A stretch of DNA of 64,000 nt from the human T2T-CHM13v2.0 reference genome, Homo sapiens: the NCBI RefSeq assembly GCF_009914755.1, contig NC_060930.1; one strand, written 5' to 3'. Both the position numbers and the translations under genes were made by a program. Below are positions 44,890-60,189 of the stretch, one piece after another. Below the pieces are notes generated by a model. That model saw only the letters and a program-made list of their open reading frames with translations. It searched no databases and was not told where the DNA came from. Within the stretch, counting starts at the first letter, position 1, and every line of letters begins with the position of its first letter.

Positions 44890-47779
44890 TGTAGTAGGCT
44901 TTTTTAAAGGTTCTAAGTTGACTTTCACTTCACAATATCTTTCCTTTTTCTCTCATGATCAGGGGAAACATTAAAAAAAGAGACGTATCTGTAAAGGTCT
45001 TCCAAGGTGATTTATTTATTCTGTGTCCCTGGGTCTGATGCAGTCCCTGGTTTGCAGGTTATCCCATGTTGCCCCTTTCTGTCCATCTCCATCTTCTGTC
45101 TCCTGGAGGGCTCACCTGTAGGGACCACGTCAGTGGCCGCCCTGTGATGTCCAGGTGGGTCTAGCCAATGGGGATCCCCAACAGGAGATGAAAGTGAGGT
45201 GGGAATATGCATTCCCTGGCTCCTCCCTATGAGGTCACCTTGGGCCCCAGTATCCCCTCCATCCCCATCCCCCTTGTAACTCGTCTCATTGTAAATAAGC
45301 TTCCTTGAATTATTCTAACATGAGGGAGCCGTCAGCTTCCTGACATTGGCTTGATTGATAATCATTAATCATTACCTATTATTGAAAAATTTAAAGTATC
45401 TGCTTTTATCCAGTCATTCATATTTTAAAAATATTTCTTCTTCAGGTAGCTCCTTTAATTTAATTTAATTTTCATTTCTCTTTCCATTGTAGGCCAGTGA
45501 TGTTATTGCATGTAATCCTGTTTAATTCTTTTCCAACTCCCTGCCCCCACCTATGCAAAGATCTTCCCAAAGTTTAGTTCCTCCCTAATTCATAAAGTTG
45601 GGACCATTAACTTCAGGAGCTACTTTTAGGAGGAATTACAGGCCCAGAAGCCCTATTGCTTAAAACTTTGTCACTGACTGTTAAACTTCAAAATCTTCAT
45701 GGACATTATTTTGGAGCCTGATTTATATCTGGAACTGAGGTCTCAGTAAGGTTAAATGAGCTGTCACTACTACTCAGGCAAAGCTAGAGAAAGCTCTAGA
45801 GTCTCAAGGTAGCTTAAAACACAAGGGAACACACACCGAAGCCATAACTGAGGCTCCTCCTGGCTGTGCTCTATTCCTTTCTCTCATACTCCTGCTCCTA
45901 GGCTCTGAATCCAGCTGCATGCTAAAAAGGCCTGTGCCTCCTCTGTAAGCCTGGAAACCATTAGATACCCTAGCTAGCTCCAGGGTCTAATGCCTCTTTC
46001 CTTCCTAAGTCACTCTTTCACAGCCTGCACCTCCCCCAACTAACACACATTTTATGCAAAATCAGGATACTGGATACAAGATTCATCCCCATGGGCCCAG
46101 CACAGTTTCACTTTGCAGAGGTGAAAGTGGAAATCCAACTCCTGCAGCACAGCTTGCTCAACCCACAAAGCCTTCTTTGGTAGCAGGAACCTGGCCCCAC
46201 TGCCCCTCTTTCCTTCTCTGCTCACATAGAATCCACATCCCTGGCAGCTTTGGAGAGGAGCTGTGACAACAGGATAGAGTGCTGTCATCCTCCATAATTA
46301 GCCAGGCTAGCAAGACTGCTGTAATATCACTACGTTGACAGTGCTCTTGCACCTAATAAATTATTCACGCCACCGAAGTGTAATCGCTGTCACATTCAAA
46401 ATAGGTCATTCATGCTAAGGCTGCTGGAGATGAAAATTTCACAGCAATGGTAACAAATCCAAGAGCTTTGGTTTAAGCAAATCTCCAAAGAAAGTGGCTT
46501 CTCCAAGCAATCCCATATTAAATATCTTTTATGGAATCCCGGCTATGTTTTCATTAGCAGCAGCAAGAAGAGACTGAAACAGCTGTCTGCTGGCAGGAGT
46601 GAGAGTTGGGGGATGGAAGGCTGTATTTCAGCCTCTTCCTTTCCTGACCCTCCCCCAAAAAGCCTCAAGGGGCTGCTTGAGGAAGATAAATGTGAACACC
46701 TGCTCTCGTTTGTTCTCTGCACACAAGACGATGGCTAAGTCACAATGAGGATAAGCCCTGTACATCTAGAAGAGCAAACGTACACAGGCCTCTCTGAGAA
46801 GTGCCTCTCAGCTGTGGGGTTTGCATTCACAGAGGAATTCAAGTTCAACAGCTGTAGGCCGTGTGCCCCTGCATTTCATATCCTAATTCACACACGTTTG
46901 AGCCTCTTCACCACTGAGAATACACTCGCCCTCTTGTCGGCAGTAGATACTATTCGACTCAAGTGCCTGGTGGAATACAAATATTGGACTGGTGATTTCG
47001 GTGTTTGGAGAGTTATTGGTGTTGTTACTATGTTATTTTAATGGTTTTTGAGGACTGTCTTACAGAAGGAAGAACAATTATTCCCCAGAATTAGAATAAA
47101 GAGAAGTGATTGAAGATATAACCTGTGGGATTTGAGTTAAAATAAAAGCAAATGTGGTGCCTACTAGCTATTGACTGTTAAATGGATGTGTGACTGATGG
47201 AGACAGATAAATCTCCTTTGGAGGGAAAAAGGGAGGGAGCTGAGCACTGGGGCTGATTGCTTGCCAGCCTTCTGTTAGGAACATAGACCAAACACCTCTT
47301 TAGGTCTCTTCCAGCTGAAATTCTATGAATGTATGGCCTTGGAGCAAAAGGGCAAGAAATGCAAGCATGTGAACTTGGTATGCATAGCACCAAATGCAGG
47401 AGAGCATGTGAAGATAAAGCATTCCCTGATGCATTCCCACAATTATCATGTTTACAGAACACTGCTTCCCAGGACATTAAGCTCTCAACTTCAAATATTC
47501 ACCTCCAAGAAGCCAGCCCTTTCCCTCTGATCTTTCCTTAAATTGCCCTTTAGTGTTCTGAACAGTTTGCATTGTATTACTGAACTCATGGTCTTATGGA
47601 ACACACCATATAGGTTATATAGCCCAATCCCTATAAGCTAGAGATAAATCTATGAATAATTTTCTATTATGTATATGCTGCTTTATAGGCAACATTTCAA
47701 CAACTATTTCCTGAATGTTCGCTATTCTGAGTACTTAGAATGGGACTTCATGAAGTCATCCACAATTTATATGTATACT

Positions 47780-48870
<1,091 letters not shown>

Positions 48871-48873
48871 TGA

Positions 48874-49226
<353 letters not shown>

Positions 49227-49639
49227 TTATTTATATCCCTAAATAGCTCATAAGCTCCCAAGGGAGACACATCTTCTAATTATGCTATTCATCTCTAGAG
49301 GAGCCTCAGTAAGTGCTAATCTCAAAGTATTTTTGCAGAGTTCCTAAAACTGACGCCCAGCTAGGAAGAAATTAGTAGCAAGAATCCCATACGTAACTCT
49401 CACATACGCTGTTATAAAGGAAACAGTCTTTCTAAGATTGCATCAGATATGCTTAGCCTTGGTCAGCGTCAGCTGCCTAGAACCACTTCTATCTTTTGTG
49501 GAAATTCAGTTCCCTACTGTTAAATTTACCTGGCTCAAGAAAAAGCAACTGCTCTGTAGACCCTCAGGAATTGCCTGGTACTTTCCTGTTTTTTTTTGTA
49601 CCCATTCTGAACTCTTTTTTTAAAAAAAATGTGGTAAGG

Positions 49640-49943
49640 GGCCAGGCACGGTGGCTCACGCCTGTAATCCCAGCACTTTGGGAGGCCGAGGCAGATGGAT
49701 CATTTGAGGTTAGGAGTTCGAGACCAGCCTGGCCAATGTGGTGAAACCCTGTCTCTACCAAAAATACAAAAATTAGCCTGGTGTGTTGGCGTGCACCTGT
49801 AGTTCCAGCTACTCCAGGAGGCTGAGGCACAAGAATTGCTTGAACCAGGGAGGCAGAGGCTGCAGTGAGCCAAGATGGTGCCATCACACTACAGCCTGTG
49901 CAACAGAACAGGACAGTCTCAAAAAAAAAAAAAAAAAAAAAAA
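49640..49943 (+). mobile_element. AluS
   Basis: Full Alu with a pure A tail, inserted at the end of an L1. Confidence 0.95.
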
Positions 49944-50570
49944 GGTAAAATACACATAACATAAAATGTACCATCTCAACTGTTTTTAAGTGTATAGTTC
50001 AGTAGTGTAAAGTACATTCATACCGTTCTGCACCAAACTCCAGAACTCTCTCATTTTGCAAACCTGAAACTCTATGCCCTTTAAAGCAATTCCCTGCTCT
50101 CTCCTCCCCCCAGCCTCTGGCAACCACCGTCTATTTATTGTTTCTATAAATTTGATTACTCTTGGTACTTCATAGAAGTGGATTCATACAGTATTTGTCT
50201 TTTATGGCTGACTTATTTCACTTAGCATAATGCCCTCAAGGTCCATGCATGTGGTAGCAGGTGTCAGCATTTCATTCTTCTTGCAGGCTGAATAATATTC
50301 CATTGTGTGTATATACTGTACTACATTTTGCATGGGTGGATACCTGATTTACTTCCACCTTTTGGCTATTGTGAACAATGCTGCTATGAATATGATATAC
50401 AAGTATCTTTTCAAGATTCTGCTTTTAATTATTTTGGGTATATACCCAGAAGTGGAATTGTTGGATCACCTGGCAATTCTATTTTTAATTTTTTTTAGGA
50501 ACTGCCATACTGTTTTTTGTAGTGGCTGTACCATTTTACATTCCCACCAAAAGTGGCCGAGAGTTTCCTA
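49944..50570 (-). mobile_element. L1M (MA/MB-type) 3' region
   Basis: GACTTATTTCACTTAGCATAATG...GGCTGAATAATATTCCATTGTG...TTTTGGCTATTGTGAACAATGCTGCTATGAA...TTTTACATTCCCACCAA. Confidence 0.9.
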
Positions 50571-50624
50571 ACTCTTTTCAATAGCAAGATTTTTCTCCCC
50601 CACAGCAAGTTAGAACTGCTCAGA

Positions 50625-50971
<347 letters not shown>

Positions 50972-51879
50972 TCACAGAGCTCGACATTCCTGCCTCTTGT
51001 AATGCGTAGCAACCAGGAACCATGTGGCCCCTCTAAATGTGCATGGGTGTGTGTGGCAGTGCTTTTAGCGCTCTCCTGTCGTGTCTGTTTTGAAAAGGCT
51101 TTCTTGTTCTTGAATTAACATGCAGGCTGAGCAGACCCACGCTGGTCTGCTTTACAGACATGGGGCAGTGGGCAAGAGCCAGCACTGTTTTGGGATGATC
51201 AAAGCTCTGCTAATCCCATGTAATCTCCTAACGTAAGGTAATGCATTTCCAATTTGTGGTTTCTTTGGGATATGCTCCCTGAGGCCTGGCACCATCACTC
51301 CTTGGTAAATTGGGACTTGCGTGTGTGTAAAAGCCAAAAAGACAGCTTTGAGTCATGCTTGCCTATCACTCATTATCATGCATTATGGTTAGGTCTAAGG
51401 GCTTCAGATCTTGTGGATGTGTGAACTCGAAGCATCATATGGGGGAAAGAAGTCCCTTGAAATGTTGCAGAGGTGTAAATAGAAAAGACCCCTTGGACGC
51501 TTGCTGTGTGCTATCTTCTTTCACCTGATTTACTGTTGGGCTGAGAGAAAAGATCCTTAGTCTTACGGTGTTTCTCCTTTTATAGGATGTTGCCTTCTGT
51601 TCCCTCCCCAACCCAAGGCATTCTGTCTTAGCCACCAATTTTTCATCATCCTTCCAACTGGTATTACAGAGCAATGTAATATAATGACAGATATTCTCTT
51701 TAAAAGAGTATTAAAATAATCATAAGAAGGGATAAGTCCCTTCCTACATGGGGCTTTAATAATGATAAGACCCTCCCAGCAGACATGAAAAGGAAGAAAG
51801 AGATGATACAAAAGGGGAAGAGGAAGAGAGGATTACAAAACTCTCAATGACCTTAAGATTTGGAAGTTGATGACATAGA

Positions 51880-52230
51880 CTAGAGTTGGCAGGCTTTTTC
51901 TGTAAAAAGCTAGATAAATAGTTTAGGCTTTGTGGGCCAAGTGATAAAAATGAGGAAATTTTATAAATATATATAACAAGAAAGAAAATAAAATTTCACA
52001 TATTGTTATTGACAAAATTCAAAATATAATTGAGTACTCTAAAAAATGGTCTAGTAAGGAGAAGAATGGAATTCTTTTCCTTTGGGATAATGTTTTGCTT
52101 AATTGAGATTCTAGGTTAGTGATCCCTATCACCAAATTAACTGCAAATGTTCATCTGTAAAAAACCATTCTTATCTTGCAGGTAGTTGGCTGGATCTGGC
52201 CTGAGGCCATGACTTATCCGTTTCTGCCTA
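51880..52230. mobile_element. MER58-like hAT-Charlie element
   Basis: GTTGGCAGGCTTTTTCTGTAAA...TTTAGGCTTTGTGGGCCA start and CTGGATCTGGCCTGAGGCCAT end. Confidence 0.65.
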
Positions 52231-52483
52231 GACCAAGAGCAGTGCAGAAAGCCACTGACTCACTGTGTGCAGTTCTCAGTGTTACCTGGTGGGTCATAAA
52301 GGCATAAACACCTATCTTTCTGGGTGTATTATCAATATTAGGAAGACTCACGGGGCTATCTGTGTCTACTGCATTGTAGTCCTTGTTGTAAAGGACAAGC
52401 TGTGTTGTCTTTTTGCATAGGGCAGATGATGCTTCTGACCCACCATCAGTTGCCTTTCCAGAAGTGTAGAGAATTTAGGTTCA

Positions 52484-52783
<300 letters not shown>

Positions 52784-53792
52784 TCATCCATTCTTGGTCT
52801 ATCCTGCTGCAGCTGGTACTGTTTTCAACCTAACCAACTAATTATGTGCCCTCTCATAACTTTTATGAGTGGCACTCAATAAATATTTGTTAATGAGCTC
52901 ACAGAGGATTGATTCTATTCACTCTTTCTCTGTCCCATGTACATGTAGTATTATTATGAAGCAACTGAGCTAATGTTTGTCCTGTACATTTGTATAAAAT
53001 TAATGTTTACACACAAATACACATAAACAGCTTATCTTTTTTTCAGGAAGTTTTACCACTGAAAATATTTTTAAAACAATGGAATCTAAAACAAAAACAA
53101 AACACCACTAGAGGGAACATTGTAGAGGCTTCATTTAAAAATCTTAATTGCTGTCCTAAAATACTTAATATATACAATATTAAAGTTTTCAGTGGGTGTT
53201 ATCTTTAAATTAGAAATGTTTTAACAAATACAGAAAGTTCAGCTTTTCTCAGATTACGTTTTTAAAAGAACTCTGTAAAGTGGTGATGGGGGAGGCAGTG
53301 CCTCTGATGTGTTTACCACAAGTAAATATTTACTCAGGAAATAGGTCCTGCATACTGTTAAAGATACGGTTAAAGATATGATTTTCACCTCCAGCATTTC
53401 TGGAGGAGGCAAGGGGCCCCTCTACACAATAAAACTGCCATAGTACATGTTTCTCCCTTGGATACCCAGAGAATTTTCAGGCGGAGACCAGATTGATTAA
53501 AGCAATAGCACATGGGTAAGTAATCATGTATGTATTCTGTGCCAAGCAATGGGGTTATTCTCAGCCCTGCCTTGGTCACATGGTGGAGATCAGATAGCAA
53601 TCAGGTTTGCTAATTCATGAGCCAGAGGTACCTCTATATTTTCAGGAAAGTGTTTGAGGTGAGCAGTCGCAATAGCTCTGCTTTAATCAACTGTGTCTTT
53701 TATTAAGCCAGCTCTTCCTAACAAAGGCCAGGAATAGAAGAGGGGAATTGTATAGACTTGGGGGGCTGAGACAGCTGAGAAAATCGCCGTTA

Positions 53793-55070
53793 CATAATAA
53801 CTGATATTTATGTAGTAAACCCTTATGGTTTTCAAGTATATCATACATTATCTCCCTTTAAACGCAGCAGTTTTTTGAGTGGTTAATCATCATCATCATC
53901 ATCATCATCACCACCAACATCATCATCAGCAGCAGCATCATCAGCATCATCTTCACCATTACCATCATCACCACCACCATCATCATCACCACCACCACCA
54001 TGATTATTATAATCATCATCTCACTACCACCACCACCACCACCACCACCACAACTACAATCACCACCACCATCACCACCACCACAACTACAATCACCACC
54101 ACCACCATCACTACCACCAGCACCACTACAACTACAATCACCACCATCACCATCACTACCACCAGCACCACTACAACTACAATCACCACCACCACCACCA
54201 CCACAACTACAATCACCACCACCATCACCACCACCACAACTACAATCACCACCACCACCATCACTACCACCAGCACCACTACAACTACAATCACCACCAT
54301 CACCATCACTACCACCAGCACCACTACAACTACAATCACCATCACCACCACCACCACAACTACAATCACCACCACCACCACTACAACTACAGTTACCACC
54401 ACCATCACCACCACCACCACCACAACTACAATCACCACCACCACCACTACCACCAGCACCACCACAACTACAATCACCACCACCACCACCACTACAGCTA
54501 CAATCACCACCACCATCACCACCACCACCACCACCACAACTACAATCACTACCACCATCACCACCACCACCACCATCACCATCATCGTGAATATCATCAT
54601 CATCACCTCACCACCACTACCATCACCACCACCACCACAACTATAACTATCACCACCATTATCACCACCACCATCATCAACATTATCATCATAATCATCA
54701 TCACCATAACCACCACTACAACCATCACTACCATCACCATCATAACCAATACCACTACCACCACTATCATCATCATGATTATTATCATCATCACCTTACC
54801 ACCACCACAATTATTATTATCTCTATAATCGCTACCACCACTATCATCACTACCACCAGTCCAACCACTACCGCCACCACCACCATCATCATCAGTATCA
54901 TCATAATCATCATCACCATTACCACCACTACAACCACTACTACCATCACCTTTATTATCATCATTTTCACTGGAAAAAGGGAATTGAATCTTCTCAGGGG
55001 TTAGGTAATTTGCCTAAAGCCAAACAACTAGTAAGTTGAACTAGGTTTTATGAGTTCAAATATTTTGCTC
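53793..55070 (-). mobile_element. MIR split by the VNTR
   Basis: The left flank ATAATAACTGATATTTATG...CATTATCTC...GAGTGG and the right flank TTATTATCATCATTTTCACTGG...GGTTAGGTAATTTGCCTAAAGCCAAACAACTAGTAAGT are consecutive parts of the antisense MIR consensus. Confidence 0.7.
53887..54963. repeat. Compound (CAT/CAC/TAC) tandem repeat / VNTR with a 153-bp higher-order unit
   Basis: CAACTACAAT landmarks at 54051 and 54204 open identical blocks 153 bp apart. Confidence 0.95.
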
Positions 55071-57022
55071 ATTCCACAGCATATATGTTACTTCCCCTCA
55101 GTTTGGAAGTCTGGAAGCTAAAAATCAAAGATTTAAAAACAACAATGGCTTCAGAATTTCTGTATGCAAAGTACCCAATACAGCAATATGGTTAGAAAAG
55201 GGGTCTGGGCCTTCTCTAGAAGCTGTTTGCAGAGCAACACGTGATTTTTTACTCAGATTGTAGAATGCAGACCACTCAAAACTGCAATGTTTTCTTTAAA
55301 AAGCTTTCTATTACGCTTTCTATTAAGATTAAAAATTTTAATTGATTTTTCAGTTTTTAGAGATGCTTGTGGAGATTAATAGGGGTGTGAGTCATGCCCT
55401 ACCTCAAAAACATTCTTGGTATCCCTCAGCATATGAACCACAAGTTGAAGGAGAAGAGTTTGTTTTTCCTAATATTTTAGTCACGTAATTTATCTGAAGG
55501 CAGTTAAGAGAGTTAAGAGTGCCTTCTACAAATCATATCTGCTTATTTGAGTCTTTGGTATATTTTTTTAAATACCATTCTACTAGTGTATTTTGCTGTT
55601 ATAAATAGAAAGAAAATTCCCACCATAGAAAATGTTTTCATATTTATTCTCTCTCAGAGATTTCTGAAGTTCAATTTATAGAGAATAAAAAAATTATACT
55701 CAAAGGCTCAGCCAGCTGACTCATCTTGTGATCTGAAAGGCAAGTTATCTTTTTGTTACTTCTTACACTGAATGAACAGTTTAGAATGAAGTCAAGAGGG
55801 AGAAGGGACCAGCTGCTCTTACGCTGTTGCTGTGTGAGTGGTATAGTATAAATATTTAAACCTTTAACTCCCAATAATTCAAAGGCAAAGAAAGAAAAAT
55901 CTGTGGAGAAAAGTAGCACCATAACCTCATCACTTTCCGGAAGGCAGCAACGTCTTTCTTCTCTTTATTTTATTTAGAAATAATTGCTGTCTAGGACTAA
56001 ACTTGTAATATAGCCACAGACGAAATAACCCCAGGATCTCTTCTCTGTTTAGAGGTTCTCTATTAATGAAAATCTTTACAAAGCTAGATCCGAGTGTGTT
56101 CTCTCTTCCTCAGTTTGGAAAAGAGACACTTTACCCACCCCAAAAAGTTCCCATGTTTCTCACATTTATATTTTAAGTTTCAAGAGTTTTACTTTGTATC
56201 CATCACTGTGTCTTTAAGTATCTTCTGCGTGAAGCATTTTTTAAGCAAACCGAGACATGAAAAAATTGAAGATAGAGAAAGCCAACATGTGAAAGAATGA
56301 TGACATAAATTATTATTAATTTGCTTTCTGGAGAAACACTGCCAATTATATCTGGCTTTTGATTGCTATCACAGCATAGGTCAAAATCTTTCTCTTAAAA
56401 ATATCTGAAAAGGATAAACTAAATTGTTCTTTTTTTTTTTTTGGAAGGAATATTCTAAATGATAAGATATGCTCTGGCTACACAGCACAAAATAAAGATG
56501 GTTTTTAGCTTACATGATCTGATTTGTCTGTCAACAAGAATCCAACAGTTCAGGCTCTTGACACGTCCCTCTTCAGCCTAGGGTGTGCAGATGTTATGGA
56601 ATCATCACCCTCATAGTCAGCCAAGCACATCCTCATTTCAGGGTCCCAGAAACTAGCACCTGGCACAGCCTGGACCATACTGAATGATGAGGAAGTACAA
56701 GAGAGTTTACTGTCTCATTAGCACTTGCATTTCTAGTTTCATTTTCTTCTTTCCATTTTCACTTTCTAGGACCATTTACTAGTTCTTTTTCTTGCTCTCC
56801 AACTTTTCTCTGTCCTTCTGGTACTTGAAAGAGTCACTTTAATTTGTCTCAACTAATACCTTTTCTCTTTTAAAATATCTTCCAAAATCAACTGAATTTT
56901 AAACATTTTAGTTAAACATCACAGCTTTTGGCAGATAATTAGTAGACAAAATTTTGCCATCCGAAAATAAATGAGAAGTTGAATAAACTGACATTTGCTT
57001 AGCACAATAAAATATAGAAGGC

Positions 57023-57315
57023 AGGCTGAGCATGGTGGCTTACGCTTGTAATCCCAGCACTTGGAGAGGCCTAGGTGGGAGGATCACTTAAGGCAAGGAG
57101 TTTGAGACCAACCTGGGCAACATAGTGAGAGGCTGGCTTTACAAAAAAAATTAAAAAATTAGCTGGATATGGTGGTGCACACCTGTAGTCCCAGCTACTT
57201 GGAGGCTGAGGCAGGAGGATCCCTTGAGCCCAGGAAGTTGAGGCTGCAGTGAGCTGCAATCACACCACTGCACTTCAGCCTGGGTGATAGAGCGAGAGCC
57301 TGTCTCTTGAAAAAA
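57023..57315 (+). mobile_element. AluJ
   Basis: TSD-like AAAATA(T/C)AG(A/G)AGGCA. Confidence 0.93.
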
Positions 57316-57844
57316 TACAGGAGGCATAGTTAGCCAGATAAATCACATCTTTTTAATAAATATGTTGGCTTGTGTAAGTGAAGTGGCTTCTATCAAAAAG
57401 AGAGGTGGGAGTGCAACCCTCCAGATTTATTTTAATATTTTGGTCACAAAAACTACACATTTCTTTTTCTTTGTTTAAATTATCATACCTACAATGAGTA
57501 TGCATGTACTTTTAGTTTTCAACTCAAGCCCTATAGAAGACATACTCTAGTATATCTTACACACATCATTCCTAAAAAGTTAAGACTTGGCTTGCTGCTC
57601 ATAGAGATATTAAAATAAACATCTAAAATGTTTTACTTGTAGTTTTGGGCCCCTTTTGGCATTGGCCTGATCTAAACAGGTTACCCTGAGGTCACTGGGG
57701 GCCATAAATCAGGGGGGTGGACTGGTGGCTAAGACAGCCTGCATAGCTTTAGTGCAATGTGCTATTTTAGTTTATGCCCCTGCAATGACACCATCTCTTT
57801 GGCACCAGCCAAAGAAAGCTTCCTAGACATCTATGGGAAGAGAA

Positions 57845-58125
57845 TGTTTTGCAGTAATCCAAGGCAGAGGTCACACAAGCATGAATTACTGTGGGGAGGT
57901 CTTTGTCTGCTCCAGACCCTGGGACAAATAAAGTAGGGAAAGTGACTTCCAACTAAAGCATTTATCCAGGAATTCGGGGGTGGAAATTGATCCAAGCAAT
58001 CTTGGCAAATTGTGAAAGCAAAGAGTGACCAATTCTTTTCAACCCAGGAAACTAGGGCAGCCTCTTTCTGCCCCTTTTCCAATCCCATTATTGGGTCCAC
58101 TTGAGAAACCCAGATATTTCTTGAG
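57845..58125 (-). mobile_element. Ancient L2-clade LINE ORF2 fragment
   Basis: Translates to DKDLPTVIHACVTSALDYC, resembling the L2 post-RT motif L-x-T-V-I-H-A-F-V-T-S-R-L-D-Y-C. Confidence 0.6.
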
Positions 58126-59546
58126 AAAGATTCAGCATAGTTAAATAGCAATGCTTGTATTTATTTATGTTATAAAATGTGGCATAATCACACAAAAATC
58201 TCCAATCCTCTCTAGCCAAGGCTCATATACTTTTACATTTGATTTCTCTTACTTTTTCCATGGAGGGTATGACTTAACCAGTCTGAACTTTCAACATTTA
58301 CTAGTTTTGTACATAATATGAATTTAATTGCTTTTTTCCCCTTTCTTCTTTCTATTAATTTTGGAAGGAGCAAATACAATTCAGGAAACAATATCAAAAT
58401 ATTCCAGATTATACCAGATTGCATAATTATTTACCTATTAAAAGAAAAATACTACCTTGGTTTTGTAAACAGCCTACATGGAAAGACAAAAAAAATAGGT
58501 ATTTATCCTAATTACAATTCTTTTTGTGTGTGTGTGTGTGTTAAGTGTTTTGTAGTCTTCTTGCTCCCTCTGACCTGAAGTTCCCTTTGAAAAGGAAAAA
58601 GTGCTAACTTACTTGGCTTGGAGAAAGGAGAGAGGCTTGGTTCAAAAGTGACTGCCAATTTTTTTCCAACCAGCTGTTAGTCTCCTTAAGAGCAACAGGC
58701 AGCTAATGGTTGAATGGACTTCCTTTTGCCAGTTCATCTCCATCTGGGAGAGTTCCCCTCCTTTGTGGAGGTTGAAACAACTTTCTCAGACACAGTTATC
58801 CAGGACAGAAGTATTCTCATGCTCAGTTGCACTCTACCAGCTCTGGGGGACATTTGAAAATCTGACAAATGCTTTGTAGTTTCTTGTGATCTTCAAGCAT
58901 AATCTTAAAAGGCATGTAAGTGTCCAGGAAATACAAGAACCTGAGAAATACTTTGCACACTTACTGTGAACTTGGGGTGTTTTATTATTCTAATCATTGC
59001 ACCTGACAAAAGATTACTGAGCAGTGCTGAAAATGGAGGCGGGGCGGGTTGCGTTTCTAAGGAAAGAAGCAATTGCAGCTTTAACTTGTGCCAAGGAGTA
59101 ATTTTGGCTGCTAAAATACTCACTGACCACCACCTGGTGAGCCGTTTGTTCCCACACGTGAATTCTGTTCTGTTCTTGAAAGCAGGATAGGAACCTACAC
59201 TGTGCATGGCCCTTCTTTTTTCCTTTTTTCAATTGTCATCATCATTGTCATCATCATCAGCAGCAGCAGCAGCATTGTTGTAGTCATTACCATTATTACC
59301 CATCCAGTTATTTCCACTAACACTGACCAGACTGGCTGTCAAGATCACACAGTGACAAAACAGATGAAAGCCCTTTAATTTGATAAGTTTGAAAGAACAA
59401 TGGGAAAAGAGTCTGTAAGGCTAACTACTGGTTTTTCACTACCTTGATAATCAAATGAATCATTTCTCCAGGAAAGATTAAGCCTACTTGAGAGTAACCA
59501 TTTTCTAAATGACGTGATGATGTTGTTAGGAAAGCAAACTTAAGAC

Positions 59547-59692
59547 TGTGTGTGTGTGTGTGTGTGTGTGTGTATGAGAGAGAGAAAAAGAGAGAGAAGA
59601 AACAGATGGAGAGACAGAGAGAGAACAGACATTGGGATTTGCAGTGTGTAGGTGAATCCCTTTTCTTTCTGTCTCTCTTTCTCTTTCTCTCT
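59547..59692. repeat. (TG)n followed by AG-rich and CT-rich simple repeats
   Basis: Direct reading. Confidence 0.9.
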
Positions 59693-60189
59693 CACTATAT
59701 GCAACCTGTTTTAGAACAAGAGCAGTTACACACCAATGCTCCGAAGTTCTGTGAACCTTAACATTTCCTTTAACCACAAAAAACAATTGCTGAAGCAAAC
59801 AGGATCTCAGAAAGGCAGTTTAAAAAATACATTGTGAGGATGACTCATTGACTCATTTTTTTTCTTCCCAGATCTTTATAGTGTCCATATATCTAAATGG
59901 ATTTATATATACTTTTAAGCAAATGCACCTAAATTCTAAATCTGTGTAACCTCTAGGAGAAAGGGATCTTAAAAATGTGTCAATTGCAAGGAAATATAGT
60001 TGCCCTAATAACAAGCTTCTGGGCATTTTCCTTTTTTTATGTTACGGAAAACTCATTGTGCCAAAAGCTTTCTGCTTAGGCATGTTAAGTGAGCTGAAAG
60101 TATGCGTGAATCCTAGAACAAGCATGAACTTTTACAGGTAGATACATCATTTTGAAGTAAAGACTGGAGACTGGGTAGTAGAATGCTCA

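Noticed and set aside
54030-54560. Repeat-spacer-like pattern (CAACTACAAT between variable units) as a CRISPR-like array
   Set aside because: The spacers are themselves CAC repeats, the DNA is primate and there are no cas genes.
53879-54646. 255-aa His/Thr-rich and 196-aa extensin-like Pro-rich ORFs
   Set aside because: Artefacts of CAC/CAT triplet periodicity inside a MIR-derived VNTR; no splice or promoter context.
59233-59300. Short CAT/CAG triplet run
   Set aside because: Only about 5 pure CAG units, intronic; too short to suggest instability.
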